A stretch of 64,000 nucleotides of DNA from the human T2T-CHM13v2.0 reference genome, Homo sapiens: assembly GCF_009914755.1 (NCBI RefSeq), contig NC_060935.1, one strand, 5' to 3'. The notes beneath the pieces are model-generated. The model saw nothing but the letters and a program-made list of their open reading frames with translations. It was not told where the DNA came from and did no database searches. A program made the position numbers and the translations under genes. Shown piece by piece: positions 1 through 12,729 of this stretch. Position 1 is the first letter of the stretch, and every line of letters begins with the position of its first letter.

Positions 1-52
1 TATTAACAAGACCCCAGGAATTCACATGCACATCAGAGTTTGAGGTGCACAG
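1..52. mobile_element. MER5-family (hAT-Charlie) terminal fragment
   Basis: taacaagaccccaggaattcacatgcacatcagagtttgag resembles the MER5A end (taacaagctccccaggtgattctgatgcac..agtttgagaaccactg). Confidence 0.6.
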
Positions 53-1279
53 CCCCAGACCAAGTGACAGAGCAGGACACAGGCTGTAGCAGAGGAGGAA
101 CCTGCCATACACCATATCCCACTGCTGGAGGATGGGGCCTCTAACCCTGCGAAGCGCTGTCAGACAAATACCAGCTATGGTAGTGGTAGTTTGGTCCTGT
201 GGGGACTCTTTAGCCTCTCTTCCCTTTTTCTCTAATACATGTTACCAAAAACCACTTGATTTGAGTAAAATCAGATATTCAAGTCCTGAGACTAAAGAGG
301 GAAAATTTAGCTGAGCTCTGAACTGAGAGTCTGAGAGTATCACTAAGATTCCTTCCATCTGCACTGCACTTAGAGTTGCGCTCATATCACATCCATTGAT
401 CCTGAAAGTACCTGGATGGGAGAAGAACAGGTAGGCATACAGAGAAGTAAAAGAATCTGCTCAGCGCCACTCATGAGTAGATAACAAGGTGGGGGCTGGA
501 ACTCTGGTCTGGTCTATGTAGCGATTTACAAATCTGTCCTGCTTAGATAAAACCCAGATGGAATTTGAAGTGCTTCTTCAATGGAGGAAGCTGTGGATTC
601 TAGAGATATTGGAGAGAGGTTTGTAGTCCAATCGATAGTAAATCAATTAATTTAGGCTTCCAAATAGCCCCACTCACTCAACCAGGGCTACAGACTCCAC
701 TCCTGGTGAGGAGTCAAAACGGCTGATGCCACACACCAATCAGCCCACAGCATTGATTGGGCACCCACTGTGGGCACCACACCACACCAGGCACTGCGGG
801 GCAGGAGGCAAGGGGCACAGCAAATGAATGTGATGTGGGAATTATGATGGAGGACGCTGTCCATAAAGCCGCTCGATGTTCCGTAGACAAAGTTACATCT
901 GGTAAATATCTACTCAAGTTTTGTGCCAGCAAAACTGAATTGTCCTAATAAGTGAGTTTGTATTCTTTCTTTTGTTAGAAGATAAACCCTGTGTAACTCA
1001 GTGAATCTCTCTCTTTTGCCTCAGCTGCTGGAAAACTCTCAGTAAAGCAGTCCAGGTGGTGTAATCTATCCATTTCAGAGGTCTGAGAACACATACTGCT
1101 TCTGCATCCCTCCAACAGCCTCTGTTCCTTTTTGCGTCGTGTTTTCGTGTGAAAACCACTCTGAATCCTTTTCAGGTAATAGGCAGGGCACAAAATCCTC
1201 AAACACAACTTTGAGGCATTCATTTAGTTTCGTGTGGTGGAAGAAAGGCACACGATAACTTCATAAGGTATTTGGCCAT

Positions 1280-1430
1280 GGGAGCAAGATGCCTGGGCTT
1301 AGAGTTGGGGGACTGGGACCTCAGGTATTCCACTGGCTGGATGGGTGGCATCAGACACATTATCTTGCCTCCCTGGGCCTCAGTTTCCTCATCCACAAAA
1401 TGAGGCGGCTAGGCCAGCTCTGAAATTCTA
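1280..1430 (+). mobile_element. MIR SINE fragment
   Basis: Core motif cctccctgggcctcagtttcctcatccacaaaatgagg. Confidence 0.75.
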
Positions 1431-1619
1431 GCAAGTGAAAAGGGTATAAAGCAAAACAACAGCAGGCACACATTAGTAGAAATACAAAGAAAATGAACAA
1501 CATGAGAGTAATTGGATGTTGGGTTCAAGGAGAAAGCTCTTTTGAAGCTTTTTCAATCTATTCTTAGTGTGTGCATCTTCCTGGGTGATAAGGGGACAAG
1601 GGGAAGAGGCTATTCAAGT

Positions 1620-2069
1620 TGTAGCAGACAAAAGGAAAAATAGCCACAAATTCTTTTTCTCTAGCTTCTGATGCAGTGGTGGAGTTCAGAAGTCAATTTC
1701 TCCACTCCTTGACTTGAGTTGGCCATCATTAACGCAAAAGACAGAGCAGGGGCTTGAAAAGCTCGTGTGCTTTTGGTGTTGCCCTCTTGCTGGTTTTGGA
1801 ACTTGGCCACCCGGCTAGCTTGCTACATTATGAGAGTCACATGACCCAGCCACCCCATTAGCTTCAGCCTGCACCAGACGTGTGAGTGGAGCCACCTGGG
1901 CAGGCCAGTCAGCCCCACAGACAACCCTCCTGTACGTCAGTGAGCCCAGAGATCAGCCTAGCCCAGCCCAGATGGAATTACCCAGAAGAATCATGATCTA
2001 AATAACTGGGGGTTGTTTTAAGCCAGTAAGTTTTGGGGTAGCTTACTACACAGCCAACACTGACTGATA
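1620..2069 (+). mobile_element. MLT1 (MaLR) solo LTR, F/G/H-like
   Basis: TG start; typical MLT1 3' end gttgttttaagccagtaagttttggggtagcttactacacagc..actgata. Confidence 0.75.
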
Positions 2070-4659
2070 ACCCTGGTTGGGAAGGCAATGTGTTTAGAGA
2101 CATGAAAATTAGAACCAGCAAATTGCAGCTGGAGATCCTGTGGGGTAAGAACGCAGTTGGGGCCTTTTTATCTCCATTTGCAAAACAAGGTGGCTTCATA
2201 CCCTCCCAACACTTATCCCGGTCCCTGCTCTCCTTTTCCCTTTTTATCCATCATGCTTCCAGCAGGGGCAGGAAGCAGACGTTCCGTTCTTGGCATTACG
2301 CACCTGCTAAAGGGAGAGAGAGTGTTTGCTGTGGTAGACCAGACAGGGGAATGGAAGGCCTGATAATTAGCCCATCCTCTGACAAACCCTGGGTTCCAAC
2401 AAAAGGAGCTGGACAAATCAGCCGAGCAAAATTATCAGCGCTAATCTCCCAGCCCCTCCTTAATGCCGGCCCTTTTGTGGCCAGCACCTGGCAGGGACTG
2501 TTAAGCCATCACGTTCTCCCCACTGCCCTGCACCCCCAACCCATCCCCACTCTCTTTTTCTCTCTTTCTCAAGTTGTTACCACACAAGCATCACGTAAGG
2601 AATCAAATAGGGACAGGTCCTATTGTTCAGCAAAGAGGCAAGAAAAAAATAATCAAAAAGGCAGGGGACTTAAAAAAAGACCAGAATTATTTCTCAAATA
2701 GAATGGGAAAATCTAACATGCCTTATCACTATAGAGAACAAGCACTGTGCAAACACCCAGGCCTCTGACTGGCATGCCGGTTGCTTTGAATAGACGCATG
2801 ACATTGTCAAGGAACCTGCCATTGTGTTGCTGAAAGGCACTTGCAACATTGCATAAAAATCAGGCGTTCGTGTCACCCTCAGACTAGTCAAAGCTGCTGT
2901 TTTTTCTTTCTCTTTTTGAAAGAAGAAAGAAGGAAAATAAGAAATGTCCCCAGAATAAGACCTTCAAAGCCAGATAAACGTTATTTCTGAAAGGCATCGG
3001 AAACTGGGCATCCAAGCAAAGCCACCAACTAAAGAGGTTTTCTATTTGGAGAAAGTTCCAGTGGGCAATGGGGAGGTATGAGGCTGGTGTGGGGCCAGAG
3101 TCATGGCTTTTCCTGTAGATGGAACTCTCTGGCTTGAAGTGTTGTCCAGTCCTTCTAGATTCGTCCAGCTCTTGCAGTCATCTCTTCTCTTCTTGGTCAC
3201 TTCCATTGTGTGGTGTTAAGTGTTCCTCAAGCCCTACAGCGTCCCTCTGGTGTCTTTCACTTTTCAGGGAGAAAATGAAGTTTCCGACCTTTGCAATTCC
3301 TGAGGGACCTAAACTCAGCTCCAGGGACCTGGATTGTCTCTGTCACCCTTGAGCCACTCTGGGGAGCTCAGGCTGACCAGGGCTCTTCCTCAGCCTCATC
3401 TGCACATTGCAAACAGCCTGAAGCCTTCTCACTATGCCCAGGTCACTGTGTGATGACTACGGGTGAAGGGTTTGATTGTTCCCAATATGAAATACATGAA
3501 TTTATCTTCCACGGACCAGAGATGCTAGAGCTTGGGAAAGTCATCACAGAAGGGGGTGGCATGTTCTGTCTGACCATTGCATTGAGACACAACTCTTCCA
3601 GCCTCCTAAAGCCTTACCACAGGATAAAGTGAGATTCAGGAGTCTATGGAGAAGCCAAGAGATTTGTAAATGCGTATAAAGCTCAGACTGTGTTCTAATC
3701 GATTGCTGTTCCTTACAGTTCCAGAAATTCAGCCTTTAAGAAGAGGGAAGAATTTAACTCTAATATTGATCTGACTTCCTGGGTGCCGTTGGGGAGGAGG
3801 GTCAGCTGGGAAACCAGTTCTGGGTGGGCAGTGTGGTTGAGGTATGCTCCCTAATTGCAAGCTTTGATTTGTTCAGCTGCTCCTAGATTTCTGGCTTTTA
3901 ACAAATGGCCCTTGGTCTACACCTGCTGTCCTCAAGGGGAAGATGAGAAGCCTCTTAGCACCTAGAGGCTGCCCCTACAGTATGCCGACTTCCTTTCCCA
4001 AGGGGGTAGGTGCAGAGCAAAGAACTGTGGACCTACATGGGTGGGTGTTAGCTCCACTCCCAACCTACGGCATGCTCTTGGGTTGGCCACTTGACTGCTT
4101 TGAGTCTTTGCTTCCTCATGGGTAAAGTTTACTTTATTTTATTTATTTATTAATGCCCTACTTGTTCCAGAATGGATTTAAGGTGGCTTATGTGTAAAAT
4201 GAGGGGATTAAACAAGCTGATCCTTTCTAAGGTATCCTCCCGGCTCTAGGATGCTCTGGCAGTCTTACTTGCCACTTGATGTTGCAAAGTCTGCAGTTCA
4301 ATTCCAAGTTAGAGGAATGCCAGCTGCCCCTTGAGTGTGAGTGATTCATAGTCACAAAGGGACTGTGGGATTGACTGGGGAGATGTGTGCTTTGTGCTGT
4401 AGTAACACTTCGTGCTTGGGGTTTCACATCAGCAAATTAAATTATGGGTATTAACAAATTTCATACTCACACACTTTTAATAGCAAAGAGTTTCTACATT
4501 AGGACAATTTCCAATTGGTTCCCTATGGATAATAGTTCTCTTTTAAATACTCGGCAAAATAATACAGCCCCTTACCAGTTCTCAGCTCTGTGGAGTCTGT
4601 CTGTGAGCTCCTGCAACTCTGCCTATCACTCATAGACCACAGGAACTTGAGGTCTGAAA

Positions 4660-4955
4660 AGCCAATTTGGGGCACTTTAATCTAAGAGAGACACTGACCA
4701 ACAGGAGTTTGTCCTGAGGACTGTTATCAGAGAAAGAAAGATCTGGAAATAGTGCCTTATGGGGAACAGTTGGTGAAGCTGGGGATGTTTCAGAAAAGAG
4801 AAGACTTCCTATGTTTGCAGAGTTACCATGATAAAGAGGGGCCACGGGACCACTGTGGAGGTGTCAGAGCTGCTCATTAGTGGAATGGGGTGTCTCGGGA
4901 GGTGATGAGTTAGAAGCACTGCAAGTTCCAAACAGAGGCTGGGCGAGCACCTGCA
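4660..4955 (+). mobile_element. L3/CR1 LINE 3' fragment
   Basis: gagagacactgaccaacaggagtttgtcc...tatggggaacagttggtgaagctggggatgttt..gaaaagagaagact matches the L3 ORF2 3' region. Confidence 0.7.
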
Positions 4956-5069
4956 AGGAGGAATGAATGACATCTTCTGTCCAATTTAGCAAATATGTAT
5001 TGAGCATCTACTAGGAAACAGGTTGTTATGAGGTAGGTGCCGTGGGAGATTGAAAAGCAAACTGTTATT

Positions 5070-5480
5070 CACTACTAATTAGAATTCTTCTGGCTACAAG
5101 CAACAGAAACCAATTGGAGGTGTTAGTCAAAAACATGGCTATTTATTATAAAGATGTAGGGATATCCTTCATATAAAGGTACAAGGATGTTGCTGAAGCA
5201 AACCAGAATCAGAGTCTCAAACAACAGCAGGCTTCATTTCTTTGCTCCTGTCTTATATCTTTTCATTCTTCTCTCTCTCCTCTCCATAACAGCTTTCTCT
5301 GCTTCTTCTAATTGGAAACATGGCAGTTGACATATTGCAGACCTAACTTCCTCTCCACCCCAATTCTTCATTTTCCAGGAAGGGACCCTAATTGGTCCAA
5401 CTTGGGTTAGTTGACCATCTGATAAGCAGAGTTCCTAGGGGGCACCACTGTAACCTGTGATTGGACTTAAGTCAGAGAAA
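5070..5480 (-). mobile_element. Old MLT1 (J/K/L-like) LTR inside an L2 fragment
   Basis: ttctggctacaagcaacagaaaccaat..tttattataaagat start; L2-like flanks at ~4975-5060 and ~5520-5710. Confidence 0.5.
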
Positions 5481-5714
5481 TTGCCAGAAAGGGGTAAAGA
5501 CTGGAAAACAATGTTCATAACACAGACATAGCTCCAGGTCTCAAGGAGATTACAATCCAGAGGGAGAAGCAGACACAGAAACAATGAACTCTAGTATAAG
5601 ACTGACTGTGGAACATGCTAGAACAGACATGCCTGGCCCAGATGGAACCTGGAGAGCAGAGGTTGAGGAATTCTGACAGACAGAACTAGAAGGCTTCATG
5701 GGAAAGAGATAGCG

Positions 5715-5724
5715 TTGTGGTGCA

Positions 5725-5767
<43 letters not shown>

Positions 5768-5825
5768 CGGTATTTTGTGGTCCAATGATTTTTTTTTTTT
5801 TTTTTTTTTTGCTGTTGTCGGTATT
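5715..5825. repeat. Tandem duplication of a poly(T)-containing unit
   Basis: ttgtggtgcaatga-T31-gctgttgtcggtatt followed directly by ttgtggtccaatga-T22-gctgttgtcggtatt. Confidence 0.95.
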
Positions 5826-6434
5826 AGTGACAGTGAATTTTTAATTTCACAAATAATAAGTACATATTATAAAAAATAATTGACTATCTCCTCATTGCTA
5901 ATCATGACACATATTCTTTTAGACTCTGTCCATAAATTTACACTGAAGTAGATACACTTGTATTAAAAAATGATTGTTTTGCATAAATAAAATACTTATA
6001 TAATTTTACAACTTCTATTTCTCATTCAATATTTTTGAAGAGCTACCCATAATAGTATGTATTAGACCTACCCTATTCTTTTTAACTGATGCATATTTTC
6101 TTGTCATATGACTACAATTTATTTGAGTGTAATACAATGTATCTGTTCATCAACTGATAGGAATCTGGGACATCTTTGTACGTACCACTTTGTGCAGTAG
6201 TACAACTGTTTCTCTGGATACAGAGAAGTGAAATTGCTGGGTCATGGTACATGTACATTTAAAATTTCATAGCAACTGATGACCTGTACTCCAAAGCAGC
6301 TGTCCTAATTTATTCTCCATCATCAGCGTATGAGAGTGCTTCACAACACTTACACTTTACAAACGTTTACCATTCTTGTGGGTAAAAAGAGGTTTCTCAC
6401 TGTTGCTTTGATTTCCATTTCCCTAATTACCAGT

Positions 6435-6740
6435 GTGCTGCATACCTTCAGTTTGCCCCCCAGATTCACTCTCCACATTTCTCCACTCCATTTTCTAGGA
6501 AGCTGACCTGTCAGGACAGTATCAACAGGATACTTGTTCTTGGTTGGATTTAGCCAATAGAAGATCCAGAGGGGAGGAGGAGAATGAGGTTGGGGGATTT
6601 ATTCCCTCTCCTCTTCTGCCTTGCAAGCGTGGTGCATCCTTGTGCCCAAAGCCACAGCTCTGTCAGAAAAGCCCCTGCAGAGCCCTTCCAGGTTTTGACT
6701 CTCATGTGCATCTTCAGCCTTGGGGTGGTTACAGTTCCCT
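6435..6740 (+). mobile_element. LTR33 (ERVL) fragment
   Basis: tttgccccccagattcactctccac..gaagctgacctg..ttggatttagccaatag..gaggttgggggatttattccc matches the LTR33 5' half. Confidence 0.75.
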
Positions 6741-7046
6741 CTTTATCAAACCATCTATATCCTTGCTGATATTTTGCTGCTTGTTCTGTCAGTTACTGAG
6801 AGGAATATGTTAAACCCTATGTGTGTGTGCATTTCTGTTTTTCCCTTTAGATTTGTCCATTTTTACTTCCTGTATTTGAAAATCTTTTATTATGTTCATA
6901 GACATTTAAGATTATTATGTCATTTTAAAGGATTGTCCCATTAAATAATGACTTTATTTCTGGTAATTTTTTAGTCTTGAAATCTATTTTTTGAAAGAAA
7001 TATAGCCACGTGAGCTTTTTAATGCTTATACTTTGCAGTTTCCATC

Positions 7047-7090
7047 CTTTATTTTCAACCTGTCTTTATTTTTCAACCTGTCTTTATTTT
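7047..7090. repeat. Short tandem repeat, ~2.5 x 17-18 bp (ctttattttcaacctgt)
   Basis: Directly visible. Confidence 0.85.
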
Positions 7091-7619
7091 GATATTTAAA
7101 TATTTTTAAATGCCATATAGTTGGGTTTTTAATGGCTTTTTTAGGGGGCAGGTGGAGTCCATGCTATTATGTTAAAATATATATAACAAAATTACATGTA
7201 TCACAAAATTATTGGCCACAGGATATTGTATCACTCCTTGCTTAAAATCCAGTCCATACCTTTATAAACAACTCCTTAATTATACTTTCCTCAAAGTATC
7301 TAGTTTTGCCCTCTGTTTCTTGCTGGGGCTTTGAGTAATAAAATCAGTGAGGCTGAGCATCTCTTCATGTTTCCATTTGCCATATTAATGTTTTCTATGA
7401 AATTCCTGTTCATATCCTCTGCCCAGTCTTTCACGTTAGAATGACTCCTTGATTTGTAGGCAGTCCTCATATACATAACCTCAATCATCATCCCGTTAGA
7501 CACCTTGCAAATATTTAAGTTTGCGGGTTGCCGTTTGAACTTTGTTCATGGCATCTTTGTGACTGGCGAGTTTTAATTTTTGATGTAGTAGTTATATTTA
7601 TCAATCCTTTATACTCTGT

Positions 7620-7840
7620 CAAGGGTCAGCATATTTTCAGTAAATGTCCAAATGAATATTTTTGGCTTTCTGAGTTATGCAGTCTGTGTCACCAACTACT
7701 CAACTCTGCTGCTGTAGCTCTAAAGCAACCACAGACAATATATAAACAAACGGATGTGGCTATGTCCCAATACATCGGGTTTTTTAAGAAAATTTGGTGG
7801 GCCAGATTTGGCCCATGGAACAGTACTTTGCCAACCTCTG
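7620..7840. mobile_element. MER58A (hAT-Charlie MITE)
   Basis: caagggtcagca..caactactcaactctgctgctgtagc..gggccagatttggccc..tttgccaacctctg with terminal inverted repeats. Confidence 0.85.
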
Positions 7841-8844
7841 TTCTATATATTTTGCTTATTTTCATCTACATAAGGAGGCCCTTCCTATCCTGAGGTCATA
7901 AACACATTATTCTGTTGTCTTTTCTAAACATTTTGGATATTTTTATATTTAGTTTTTTCAGCTATTTGGAATTGATTTTTAGTAACGGATACTAGGTAGA
8001 GAATCTACCTCTATTTTTTTCTCCTCAATGAATAGTCAATTGCTCCACTCCAATTTATTGTGCAACTGATGTGAAATGCCACCCTTGTTTATTTATTCAA
8101 CAAATATCTTATGCCTATTATGTGCCCAACAAATATGTTTCTGGGCTTGGCATTCTAGTCTACCCACCAGTTTGTCTATTTGCAAGTCAATATTGTAGAA
8201 TTTTACTGTTTAAATATGATACATTTATAGTATGTTTTGATATCTAAGAGGGCAAGTCCCCCTTCCTTTTTTTCATTTAATTATCTTGATTTTCTTGATA
8301 TTTATTTTTCAATATAGATTTCAAAATGAACTTGTCAAGTTCTATGAAAAATCTTGTTGGGATTTTGATCGGGAGTACATTAAGTATTTATAGATTCATT
8401 TGCAGGAATTGACATCTTTGCAATATTGAATCTTCTTTATCAGGCACATAGTAAATGTCTTCCTTTGCCCGGGTTTCCTTTTGTGACCATAATGTCTGTG
8501 AACTGTATTGTCTTCTTTGTCCTGTCTGTTACCTATGTGTCAGGGTAGCCTCAGACTAACAGGTGAACTTGGCACTCATCTCAAACTTTCCTTCTCGTTT
8601 TCTAGGCTTCTCTAGGAAATCAGTGAGAAATTGGTTGATATGGAAGAGGAGACTTTCTTATTCTAAAATTATACTGCAGCTCTAAGAAACAGTGTTTCCT
8701 TGGGTGCATACGACTCTAGGCCACGTTAGCAAATACTTTCTTTTACATTCAGCATCAGGATCCAAAGACAATCTTCTGAGGTTAGGTATTTAGGAGGATA
8801 TGATTGTGCATGTAGTATCATCCAGCTAAACGTGGTGATTTAAA

Positions 8845-9560
8845 GACTTTCAACAAATATTTAGTGAGTGAGTACCATGAGCCAGGAATTGTGTTAGCTT
8901 CTGGGGCACAGAGAGAATGATCTACAGTCTCAGTGTCATGAATTTCCAGTTCAGGATTGAGGAGCAGGGCTAAGAGTCACAGACAGCTGACCAGGTAATT
9001 GTCCTCTAAGAGCAGTGCACAGGGTACTATGGAATCACAGCATGGAAGACTTAGCTGACCTGAGACACAGTAAAGATTTTCTGGAGGGATGATGCCTAGG
9101 CTGAGCCTTGATGAAGCAGTAAGCTAAGCCCAGCAAAGTAGGAAGGGCGCTCTGGGGAGAAGAGGAGGTCTTCATAAAAACAGTGAAATACGAAACCTCC
9201 TGCTGCTTGCAGTAAAGGAATTATAGGCAGTTTAGCATCACTATAGAGTGCAATGCAAGGAAGAAAGAGGCAGAAGACAAGGCTTCAGAGATAAGCAGGA
9301 ATCATAGAGTACCTTGTCCAGTACTCCACAGAGCTTGAACTTCTAGTTTTCTGTCTTTTTTTTTCCTGTAGTGTTGATGGTTTTTTTTTTTTTTTTTTTT
9401 TTGGAGCCTGGAAATGACTTTGTTGGAGTTGTTTAACAACTTACTGGCTCAGTATAGAGTATAAATTTAATGCACATAAGACCAAAGTCATGGAGACCAT
9501 TAAGAAGAAATTCAATAGTCCAGTTCAAAGAGAAGGCTGGTCTGAACTAGGGAGGGAGGA
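8845..9560 (-). mobile_element. L2 LINE fragment
   Basis: ttcaacaaatatttagtgag..gccaggaattgtgttag L2 3' end, followed by typical antisense L2 body. Confidence 0.7.
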
Positions 9561-9589
9561 AGGAGCTGGGTCCCTAACCCACCATGTGC

Positions 9590-9800
9590 TACACTAGCTA
9601 AAAGCACAGGCCCTGCAGTTGGGAGACCTGGGTTCAGTCTCTACTGGAAGTAGGAACTTGGCTGAGCATCTTTGCTGCTCTAAGCTCCAGGTCCTCGTCT
9701 CTAAAAGAGAAATAATGGCACCTATTTCACTAATTTATTGTGAGGATTGAATGAGGTAACAAATGGCTGGCACACAGCAGATGCTCAATAAACATTTGTG
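9590..9800 (+). mobile_element. MIR SINE
   Basis: agacctgggttc..ttgtgaggattgaatgag..ctggcacacagcagatgctcaataaa. Confidence 0.75.
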
Positions 9801-10204
9801 GAAGTGCTGTCGAAGGTGACAGAAGTCACAGGCTTATTTACTGCAGATGTCTAAGGAATCCGTGTGTTTAGCTTTATTGTAAAGGAAGGGCAGGGGAAAT
9901 AAAATGAGAGTACTTGCCTCGTTGGTCCTACAGGGAAAATGTTTGGTAGACCAATGGGGGAAAAGCGTTCTCTTCAAAGTGCTTAACAATTATCTTGGTT
10001 TGTGAGCATTTCACAGGTTTTGAAACAATAAGCGTTGGCTTGTGGTTGGGGACAGATCAGTTGTGTCCCCAGCACTGGAGATAACACACAGACCTAGGCT
10101 TGGGGGAAGGGAGAAAAGTCATCATCCCCTTTATCCTTGAACCATGGAGACCAGGAGAACCAGGTCCATGTGCTAGTCCGAACTGGCAGGAAATGGAACA
10201 GGCT

Positions 10205-10460
10205 AGATTGGGAAAAACATGAAATTTGTTTGAGAAAACCTGGATTTAGATCTTGGCTGTGTCACCATTATTTGTTCTGTAACCTTGAGCATGGCTTATA
10301 ATTACTCCTTGTCTCAGTTTCCTCATTTGTAGAGAGGGAATTATAAATAATAATGATGGGATACACATATATATCTTCACATAGTTGTAAAATTCAAAGG
10401 AGATGGTGGGGGTGGCAATGCCATTAACTATCAAATGATGTTTAAATGTTAGTTATGATT
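10205..10460 (+). mobile_element. MIR SINE
   Basis: ctgtaaccttgagca..tctcagtttcctcatttgta core. Confidence 0.7.
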
Positions 10461-12729
10461 TTGCTAAGTGAAGGTGGGGCCCGGGGGCAAGGCTGGGTAT
10501 CTGGAAGCTCCACACCACAGCCCAGCAAGCTTCAAGTTCAGGAAAGAATTCAATTATTGCAGCGTGTAATTTTCTGTTTGCAAAGCTCATATTGTGTATG
10601 TAATTGAATCAGAATAAAGAGATCCAGAGGCTGCGGGCTTGGGATAAGGCTTTGGAGCTGGACTCCAGTGAAGCCAGGCTGGAGGGGGGTTAGCTGGAGG
10701 GGACTGGCTAGGGGAGGGAAAGAGGGAGGGGACAAGGGCACAGGGAGCAGAGTGCCAGGTGGGCCCCGAGAGCAGACAGGGGACTGCTCCTGGTTTTGCT
10801 TGGTTCCCTCGAGCCTTGTTTTCCCCCATAGATCCAGAGGCTCCCTCTGGAGAGGGTTGGAGGGCATCTCTAGGGATCACTTATCCTTGGCTGGACATCT
10901 CTGTTCTCTTTTGCTGGAACAAGGAGGCCATGTCCTGCAGTGTGAAGAGTCTCTCCTGTCTTACCTCACCCCATCCTCTTGCATCAGCCTGACTGCCCAC
11001 TTCCTGTTCAATCGAAGTGAAATTAAAGCCGAGGAAGGGGCCTCTGGAGAAGGGGCATCAGGCCACGTTGGGGGTCGTGAGTGAGATTTGGAGGAGGATG
11101 ATGAAGCACCCTGGTTTGTCTGGGACTGCCCCAGTTTTAACACTCAGGGGAATCTCTCAATTCTGAGATCACTGGGGATGGTTGGCCACCCTAATTTAGG
11201 GAAAGGGTAGATTTCAGAACCTAAGGAACCAGGTGGGGAACTTGGGATACCAAACGGTTCTCTCTTGGCTTCAGCAGACAATATTCTCCCAAGGCCAGAA
11301 GGTAGCACACCTGCCAAGTGTGGGCAATGCAGGAGCACATGGCCGCTGCTGGCTTCTCTGAGGTAAGGGCCCATGGGAGAACACAAGAAGCGGAGGGAAG
11401 GAGGCAGCTCCAGGAAGGAGGGAGGGAAAAGTCCATCTCCCAGCTCTCTCTGAGTCATCTGTCCCCAAGGCTGGCTCCTTTGTCCCAGCTTGCACTGACT
11501 GTCTAAATGGTCCCTCTTGCTTCCTTTCCTGGTGGTCCCTTCCCCAACCGTAGACTCACAGCCCCTCTCTATCTTCTCCACCAGCCCACTGTGTCCCTTC
11601 CTTGCCTCTCCTACCCTGGGGGAAGTGAGTGGGGTTTGGCAGTGGGTCCAAGCCAGGAGACTAAGAGATTGGCAAAGTGCCAAGAGCAGGTCTGAGTCCA
11701 GCTGCCTAATGCCATTTCCTGAGCACTAACAAATCCGACTCCAAGACAAACAGCCAGCAGCACCTGGGAGAGAAGGAGAGTGGCAGCTCACGCAGAGGGA
11801 GGCAGGGGAGAGAGGAGGAAACGGGACTGGAAGAAAGACAAAGTGAGAAAAAAAAACCCACACAGCACACCCAGCCCAATGGCCCAGAATCTCTCCCACA
11901 TCTGCAGAATCAGAAACACTTATTAATAGCCAGCAAAAGGCAAAGAGGAAGTGTCTCATTGTCTGCTGCTGTCATTCCTCACTCTGACGAGCACTTAAAA
12001 TGTCAAGACCCCTTTCAGCAGCTATGCACAAGCAATCAGGCCCTCTCGTCGGTCACTGCAGTTTCCCAGCCGCTGCATCTCAGTCCTTACGACTTCTCTC
12101 CACGCTATGTTTGCAGACAAGGCATGTGTGAGCAACACAAACAAGCACTGTCTGTTGGAAGGATGGCCTGCGTTGAGGGATCCAGGAGACAGGGGAGGGA
12201 TGGGGTGAGGGATGGGGGTAGGAGGAGGTGGCCGGATCCTGCAGGCCTGCTCTGGGATGTCAGAGAAAAGGTCATTATGTGGGGACATTTGGAGGACTGA
12301 GAGCCTGGGCCTGGGGTGGGAGCAGAGAGTGGAATGTTTACCTTGAACCAGAGGGTGGGAGCTCTCTGCTATTGTGGAAAGGAGATTCCACCTGTAACTT
12401 CTAGACAACAAAGGATTGTTTTCTGTTAGTGAGGGTTCTGGTTGATCACTGTCTCTTTTGAGGACAAACAAGACAGAATGCAATGGAGCGGCAGCAGGTG
12501 GGATTGAGGTGGGATAGAAGGACGGACCTCCTGATCCATAGTAGTAGCTGTGAAACAAAACTGGGCTGGAGAAATCACTTTCCTTGAGGATGTTTACCTG
12601 CTATTACATTGCCTCTGCCTAATGCACTTGGGTGGAGGCCTGGGGTGTGGGTTGAAGCCAGAGGGGGTGGGGGTGGCAGAAGACAGTGGTTGACATTCAG
12701 AGCTTTTTCTATCACGTTCTATCTCTTAT

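Larger units (their letters stand above)
5950..8490 (-). mobile_element. Fragmented ancient L1 (L1ME/L1M), interrupted by LTR33 and MER58A
   Basis: gaagtgaaattgctgggtcatggt, ttccatttccctaattac, gctgagcatctcttcatgttt, ttgttgggattttgat and ggaattgacatctttgcaatattga are antisense L1 signatures. Confidence 0.75.

Noticed and set aside
2090-2701. Longest ORF (203 aa, plus strand)
   Set aside because: Non-ATG start, no recognisable domain, composition typical of non-coding DNA.
11144-11683. 179-aa minus-strand ORF
   Set aside because: TTG start, no family motif I recognise, GC-rich region where long chance ORFs are common.
12022-12558. 178-aa minus-strand ORF
   Set aside because: Low-complexity Pro/Ser/Leu content with no homology or exon evidence.
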